A DNA stretch of 13,992 nt, from the NCBI GenBank assembly GCA_000388065.2, contig KB932207.1; one strand, 5' to 3'. Source of the DNA: Fonticula alba ATCC 38817 (Eukaryota > Protista > Nucleariida). Positions within the stretch are counted from its first letter, which is position 1; the number at the start of each line of letters is the position of its first letter. This document shows positions 9,155-13,992 of this stretch, in pieces. The position numbers and the translations under genes are program-made. The notes under the pieces are model-generated. The model worked only from the letters and a program-made list of their open reading frames with translations, did not search any database and was not told where the DNA came from.

Positions 9155-9252
9155 ATGCACATGGGCACGTGCCACACTGGCGGCGAGCCCTGCCGAGCGG
9201 CGAACCTTCAAGTGGAAGCCCGTGAGCAACACCTCGTCTCGCTCACACACAC

Positions 9253-9254
<2 letters not shown>

Positions 9255-9289
<35 letters not shown>

Positions 9290-9304
9290 GACGCAGACGC
9301 AGAC
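9255..9304. repeat. (AC)16 followed by (GCAGAC)3
   Basis: Read directly from the sequence. Confidence 0.9.
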
Positions 9305-9937
9305 GCACATATACACCCAGGCATGCTTCCCGCCCTCGAACTATGTGCAGGGTCCTCGCGGAACAAGTCACATGCGCACACACACCAGGGGCGCGCGAGG
9401 ACAGCACAGACACCCCCGGGGCCGCCCCTGCTCGTCTTTTCCCCTCGTGCCCCCGGCGCACACATAAGTCGCTCGGCCGGATCGCAGGAGGAGGAAGCTC
9501 ATGCCACGACCAAAGCCTCTCTCTCTCCCCCCCCCCTCCAGGGCGCGGCGGAACATCGTGCCCTGAGAAGGTGTGTCTCCCTCTCTTCCCCTCACAAAAA
9601 AGAGGGCTGCTCCTGCAGCACCTGGAAAGAAAGGGGGGCTCTAGACGTGTCTTTGGAAAACCTCGTGGCGGGAGGGCGCCCGGGAAAGCCTCCTATCCGG
9701 CATGCCCACCCCCTTCACAAGCGAAAGTGCGCCCCATCCCGTGCCAAGGCCCCTGCCCGGGTTGATGAAGTTCAAAGAGGGAGGAAGGCATGTAGAGAGA
9801 GAGAGAGAGGCAGCGGGGGGAAAGGATGGCGTGACGGAGGAACCCGCACAGAGGAAGGCGACCGACCAGGGGGGCGAGAGAGGGGGAAAACAAAAGCAGA
9901 ATGATCTTCACACACGAAGAGATGTGTTTATCGAGAT

Positions 9938-10020
9938 ACACACACACACGGACACACACACACACACACACCCACACGCATACATGTGCATAGGCGTGCG
10001 CGTGCGCGTGCGTGCACGCG
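9938..10020. repeat. Interrupted (CA)n plus (GCGCGT/GCGT)-type alternating purine-pyrimidine tract
   Basis: Read directly from the sequence. Confidence 0.8.
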
Positions 10021-11113
10021 TACTCCTGGCCAGCTCCACAAAGAAGGTGCACGAGTGTGCACCACCCATGGGGGAGCGCGGGGGGGGGGGGCGCTCGTCG
10101 CAGGGTGGGGCACACACAGAAGGCAATGGAACAACACGGCGAGGCAGTTGCGCCCGGCGCCTGCTGGACCACTTCACCTCTGGGGGGGGGGGCGTGGCGC
10201 CGGAGTGGCGCGGCGATTTGTTTCGTGTGGGGAAGAGAGGCACGGGAGGCGGGGGGGAAGAAGGGCCGCCAGATCGGACGCCTTCAGCCCCCCCCCCCTC
10301 CCCCCCCTCGTGGGCGCGCGGCCATGCACACATGCTTTCTGTGGCCGATCCTGGCCGCCGCGCCCGAAGCCGGGCGCGGCGCGCGAAGAGAGCCGGCACA
10401 CCGATGCATGCACGCACACGGCCGCGCGCCCTGACACACGAAGTCCCTGCTCGTCAGCCCTCAGCAACAAGACTGGGGATGCCGATGGGACGCCATGCCG
10501 AGGGGAGGGAGGAAGGGCGGCGAGGACGCAGCGCCGCCGCCGCCGCCGCCGCCGAAGCCGACACACCCTAGCCGCTTACTTCTGAAGCGGGATTGCCAAA
10601 GTGCCAGGCAGCGGCAGAGCGGGGAGTCGCAAGCAGTGACAGGCCAAGAGGCGCACGGGGCACACACGCGAGAGGCCGGGCGAGAGCGCAAACAACCGGG
10701 CAGGCGGCCGGGCGGGCGGGCGATCGCACACGCCACGGGTGTAGTAGAACACCGCCCAGGAAGGGTGGGGACGGAGAGGAGGGGAAGAAAGAGAGCAAGC
10801 GCGGCAGGGGGGGCCCGGATGAAAACAAAGGCGCATGAGTCCACCGTGGGAGGAGGGGCCGCGAGATTTGACGCAGACGAACGAGTGGCAGGGAGGAGGG
10901 TGGGGACATGCCGGACACGCGTGCGTGGAGGGGACACACACACACGCACGCGCGCGCGAGCGCGGAAAGGGGACAAGAAGAAAAGGGCCGGCGAAAAAAA
11001 AAAACAACAACAAGGCGACAGGAAGGGCGGGAGAAGGGGGAAGGAGCGAGGAGCGAAGAAGGCATGTGACACACATTCGTCCGAGAACGGGTTGGGCAGA
11101 GAAGAGTAAGTAA

Positions 11114-11134
11114 TTAACGGAAGATGTCCGCGTT
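11114..11134 (-). CDS. Exon 3 (terminal) of the small protein: NADIFR*
   Basis: CCCTGAC (11158-11152) is followed by a pyrimidine tract and CCAG|, then AAC GCG GAC ATC TTC CGT TAA in phase 0. A pyrimidine-rich 3' region follows. Confidence 0.7.
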   Translation of the reverse strand, partial: NADIFR

Positions 11135-11379
11135 CTGGATTGGAAAGGGTCGTCAGGGGCTTCGGTCTTTCGCTCTCAAACACAGCTTGGACATGCACAC
11201 TCGCGCGCACACAGACACAGACACAGACACAGACAAGATACCCGGGGGGCGGCGATGGCTGGCCGGGACGCGGACGGCGAGGACACGCGGGCCTGCCCGC
11301 TGGCACACCCAAACACACGGAAACTAAACACACGCCCTTGCATCGCGTGCGCGCGTGCACATACACACACACACACACA

Positions 11380-11433
11380 CATGCACATGCACATGCACAT
11401 GCACATGCACATGCACATGCACATGCACATGCA
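11380..11433. repeat. (CATGCA)9 hexamer array, which is (UGCAUG)9 on the transcript strand, preceded by (AC)n
   Basis: Nine perfect tandem copies lie inside intron 2 of the small gene. Confidence 0.95.
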
Positions 11434-11744
11434 TACACAGACACACACGCACGCGCGCATACACAGACAGAGGCCCGGGGACACGGGAAGAAGGCCGCAC
11501 ACTATGGCAGAGCAGGCGCTGGCGGGTGCCCCCCCCTGTGGCAGGGGCCCCCACCCATCGAGCTGCTCCGTTTCATGGCGGCCGCCTCACGTCCCCCTGG
11601 GTCCCGGGATCCCATGTGCGGCGCGGGTGTGGCTCTCCTCAAGCACTGACCACCAATCAAACAGGAGAGAAGGCCGAGGGGTGACACCCCGATTGCTTGG
11701 CTCAGACACGCTCGCATGCGCACAGACACATGGGGACACATGGG

Positions 11745-11786
11745 CACACACACACACACACACACAGACAGACAGACAGACAGACA
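11745..11786. repeat. (CA)11 followed by (GACA)5
   Basis: Read directly from the sequence. Confidence 0.9.
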
Positions 11787-11974
11787 GGCCCGCGCGCGCG
11801 CCCGCTCGACCTCTTGGTTCCCGGCGAGTTGCGCGAGAGAGGAAGCAGGCAAGAACGCGGCGGCAGCCATCCCCACACGGACCAAAGAGGCCGGCCGGCG
11901 GGGAGGGTATCGGGAAGGCGGAGCGTGGGGGAGGGGGACAGGAGGACACAAGCGTCGCCCTATGCTGTGCGCAC

Positions 11975-12154
11975 CTTCTGGAAGGGGGTCTCGTAGAGGT
12001 TCTTGCTCTGCGGGCCGCGGGTGGGGCCGGTCTGAGAGCTGCCCATGGGCTTGTTGGGCATGTGGCCGGTGCCCGGGGTCTTGGAGTGGGGCAGAGAGCC
12101 GCTGTCGGAGGGCTTCTTGGGCATGCTGCCCTTGTTGGCGGCACCAGGGGCGGG
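11975..12154 (-). CDS. Exon 2 of the small protein (PAPGAANKGSMPKKP..SKNLYETPFQK)
   Basis: GCAG| at 12156-12155 is the first AG after GACTGAC (12227-12221). The exon is 180 nt, phase 0 to phase 0, with strong codon bias and donor AAG|GTGCGC. Confidence 0.85.
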
Positions 12155-12405
12155 CTGCGGGAGGCCGATGCCGGGTGTGATGGCAAATGCCATGCCGGAA
12201 GAAGGCAGGGAAAGGGCGCCGTCAGTCCATGTCCTGTGTGGGAGGGCATTCGGCAAAAGAAAAACGCGCCGGGGCGGCAAAAAAAAAAAAGGAACCAAGA
12301 AAAGGACACCCAGGCACAGCCGCCCTTCGGCGGAGGCGGGCGCCCCCAGGCGGCCGGTCCCCCCGCTCCCGCGCGATGCAAGCACACCAAAAGGGAAGGC
12401 CGTAC

Positions 12406-12507
12406 CTTGGAGAAGCTGCCGGTGCTGGAGGTGGAGATGTTGCGGGCCGGGGCGCGGGCGGCGGTGCGAGCCGCGTTGACGGCCTGACGGGAGAAGGCGT
12501 TCATCAT
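12406..12507 (-). CDS. Exon 1 of a small ~100-aa protein; mitochondrial-presequence-like MMNAFSRQAVNAARTAARAPARNISTSSTGSFSK
   Basis: Start context is CAAG-ATG, about 140 nt downstream of a TATA box. The 34 codons are mostly C/G-ending and end at AAG|GTACGG. The peptide is Arg/Ala/Ser-rich with no acidic residues and an R-x-I-S-T-S motif. Confidence 0.85.
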
Positions 12508-12645
12508 CTTGACGGAGAGAGGGTCCAGGAGAGAGTGGGCAAAAATGCGACAAAATCCAGGGGGGAGAGTGAAATAGAAAAACGAAGGAGTATCTTTCTA
12601 TCTCGATGTCCTGGGAGTCTGCTGATCCCGGCCCCGGTGTGTCCC

Positions 12646-12653
12646 TTTATATA
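12646..12653 (-). promoter_or_regulatory. TATA box (TATATAAA-GGG) of the small gene
   Basis: It is a perfect TATAWAWR match in very GC-rich surroundings, 139 nt upstream of the ATG at 12507, on the correct strand. Confidence 0.7.
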
Positions 12654-12739
12654 CCTTCCCCGCCCTCCGGGCCTGGCGGGGGTGCCGCGAGCGGTCCGGG
12701 GACTGGGTGGCACGGCCCGGAGCCACGGGAGGACCAAGG

Positions 12740-12762
12740 CACACACACACACACACACACAC
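12740..12762. repeat. (CA)n microsatellite in the small-gene promoter region
   Basis: Read directly from the sequence. Confidence 0.9.
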
Positions 12763-12773
12763 AGACCGGGCCC

Positions 12774-12778
12774 CCAAT
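12774..12778. promoter_or_regulatory. Possible CCAAT box
   Basis: CCAAT lies about 120 nt upstream of the TATA box. The motif is short and could be chance. Confidence 0.2.
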
Positions 12779-13353
12779 CGCTCGGGAGCGATCTTGCCCT
12801 ATGCATCTCGGCTCCTGCGCCCTTCCCCCCCGCCCCCCGTGCTTGTTCTCTCCATCTGTATCTCGGGCTACCGCCATGTCTCGGCCATCATCGACCCATC
12901 CCGGCCCCTGTCCCGGACGCATGCCCGGGTGTATGCATACAGGCAGACGCATGCGCGCATCGACGCACGGCTGTGCCGCGATACACGCGCGCACCTGCCA
13001 GGTCCACAGATCGATGGACGCCCCGGCCGGGAGCAGGCACGAGTGGCGGGCCAGGCCAGGGGCGAGTGCGGGAGTCTGGCGGTCTCAGCTCCGGCGCATT
13101 GCGCCTGGCCGGGCCGTGTGTGAGTTGGCAATCGGGCCGGAATGCGGACTGGCCGCCCGGCCGGAGCAGATGAGTTGGAGGGGGCACCGAGGGCCGGGGG
13201 GCGGGCAGCCTCCGGGGCCAAGGGGTCGGTGGCGGTTTTGGGCGGGTGTTGTCGAGTCGCTGGTTGGGCGGGGTGCGGCCCCCAGGCGGACCGATCGGTT
13301 AATCGCGATGCATCCGATCACCGCCTGCTGGCTTCATATGCTCGGCACTGGGG

Positions 13354-13392
13354 CACACACACACACACACATACATACACACACACACACAC
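13354..13392. repeat. Interrupted (CA)n microsatellite
   Basis: Read directly from the sequence. Confidence 0.9.
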
Positions 13393-13762
13393 GGGAGCCA
13401 GCCTGATGCTGGCCCACCTCGGCTTCGGCCCTGGCACCGCGCTGGGAGGGCGGGCTCGCGGCCCGGGGCGGGTGATGCCCGGCGTGGCCAGCGGAGAAGG
13501 AGGAGGGGGGGGGGCGCGCTGGCTCGACAATGTGGCCCCCCTACGTGGGTGGACTCGGGGCGCCTGGCGCTCGTGCCTTCTTCTCGGGTGGGGTTTTCCT
13601 TTTTTACAGTCACACAGCAACAGCCCAGCTCCCTGGGGGGCTCTCCGGCCGGAGTGATGTCGAACGGTCAATGTCGTCACCTGCCGAGGAGTTTCCCTGG
13701 TGTTGACCCGCCCTTCGCCTGCGCTCCGCGGCGGGCCCGGCCGGGACTCGGGTGCGCAGTGA

Positions 13763-13766
<4 letters not shown>

Positions 13767-13794
<28 letters not shown>
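13767..13794. repeat. (AC)n microsatellite
   Basis: Read directly from the sequence. Confidence 0.9.
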
Positions 13795-13797
<3 letters not shown>

Positions 13798-13992
13798 CGC
13801 GCCACTGGAGATGACCGATTAGCTGGAGACAGGCTCTGAACTGACACCGATTTTGCCTGCCAGACTCTAACCCCCAACCCCGCCGGGCATTCTTGCGCCC
13901 AAGCCGGGGATAAGACACGGGGCACCGAGTGATCGAAGAGGGCCGGCAAGCAGATCGGAGCGAGGGGCGAGGTGGGGCGGGGCGGGGCGGGG

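Noticed and set aside
11378-11433. CRISPR array, telomere or mobile-element interpretation of the tandem repeats
   Set aside because: The units are 2-6 nt with no spacers, terminal repeats or transposase/RT ORF, so they are simple sequence repeats.
11502-11645. Alternative exon CLRRATPAPHMGSR..ALP* after GGTCAG|
   Set aside because: It is phase-compatible, but codon usage is unlike the other exons, there is no CTGAC branch motif, and the AG-free zone is short.
38-13949. Numerous 60-460 aa ORFs rich in HTHT, CVCV or RARA
   Set aside because: They are translations of microsatellites and GC-rich non-coding DNA, or off-frame overlaps of real exons.
1-13992. Kinetoplastid-style trans-splicing as the explanation of the AG-free tracts
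   Set aside because: The small gene has clear GT-AG cis introns preserving frame, and most zones have matching donors. It is not formally excluded for the 10582 and 7454 acceptors without 5' end data.

Overview
This is GC-rich, microsatellite-rich, intron-containing eukaryotic DNA. Its style suggests a unicellular protist or holomycotan such as Fonticula, which is my inference and is not verified. It has one 35-nt N gap at 2231-2265. Two spliced minus-strand genes are supported. (1) A small 3-exon gene (12507-12406, 12154-11975, 11134-11114) with a TATA box encodes a ~100-aa protein with a mitochondrial-presequence-like N-terminus. (2) A very large gene built around a 5138-nt exon (7453-2316) encodes a His/Asp/Arg/Gly-rich, mostly disordered hydrophilin-like protein with three LEA-like helical blocks. 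It continues in frame through exon 1848-1507 and probably micro-exons 906-887 and 220-180; its first exon is unresolved. The most unusual signal is in the introns. CTGAC branch-point motifs sit at the upstream edge of very long AG-free zones (126, 238, 471 and 642 nt), 116-611 nt from the 3' splice site. A fifth zone (551 nt, with a weaker TACTTAC motif) follows the small gene. Most other ORFs in the track are GC or microsatellite artefacts. No rRNA, tRNA, CRISPR array or mobile element was recognised.
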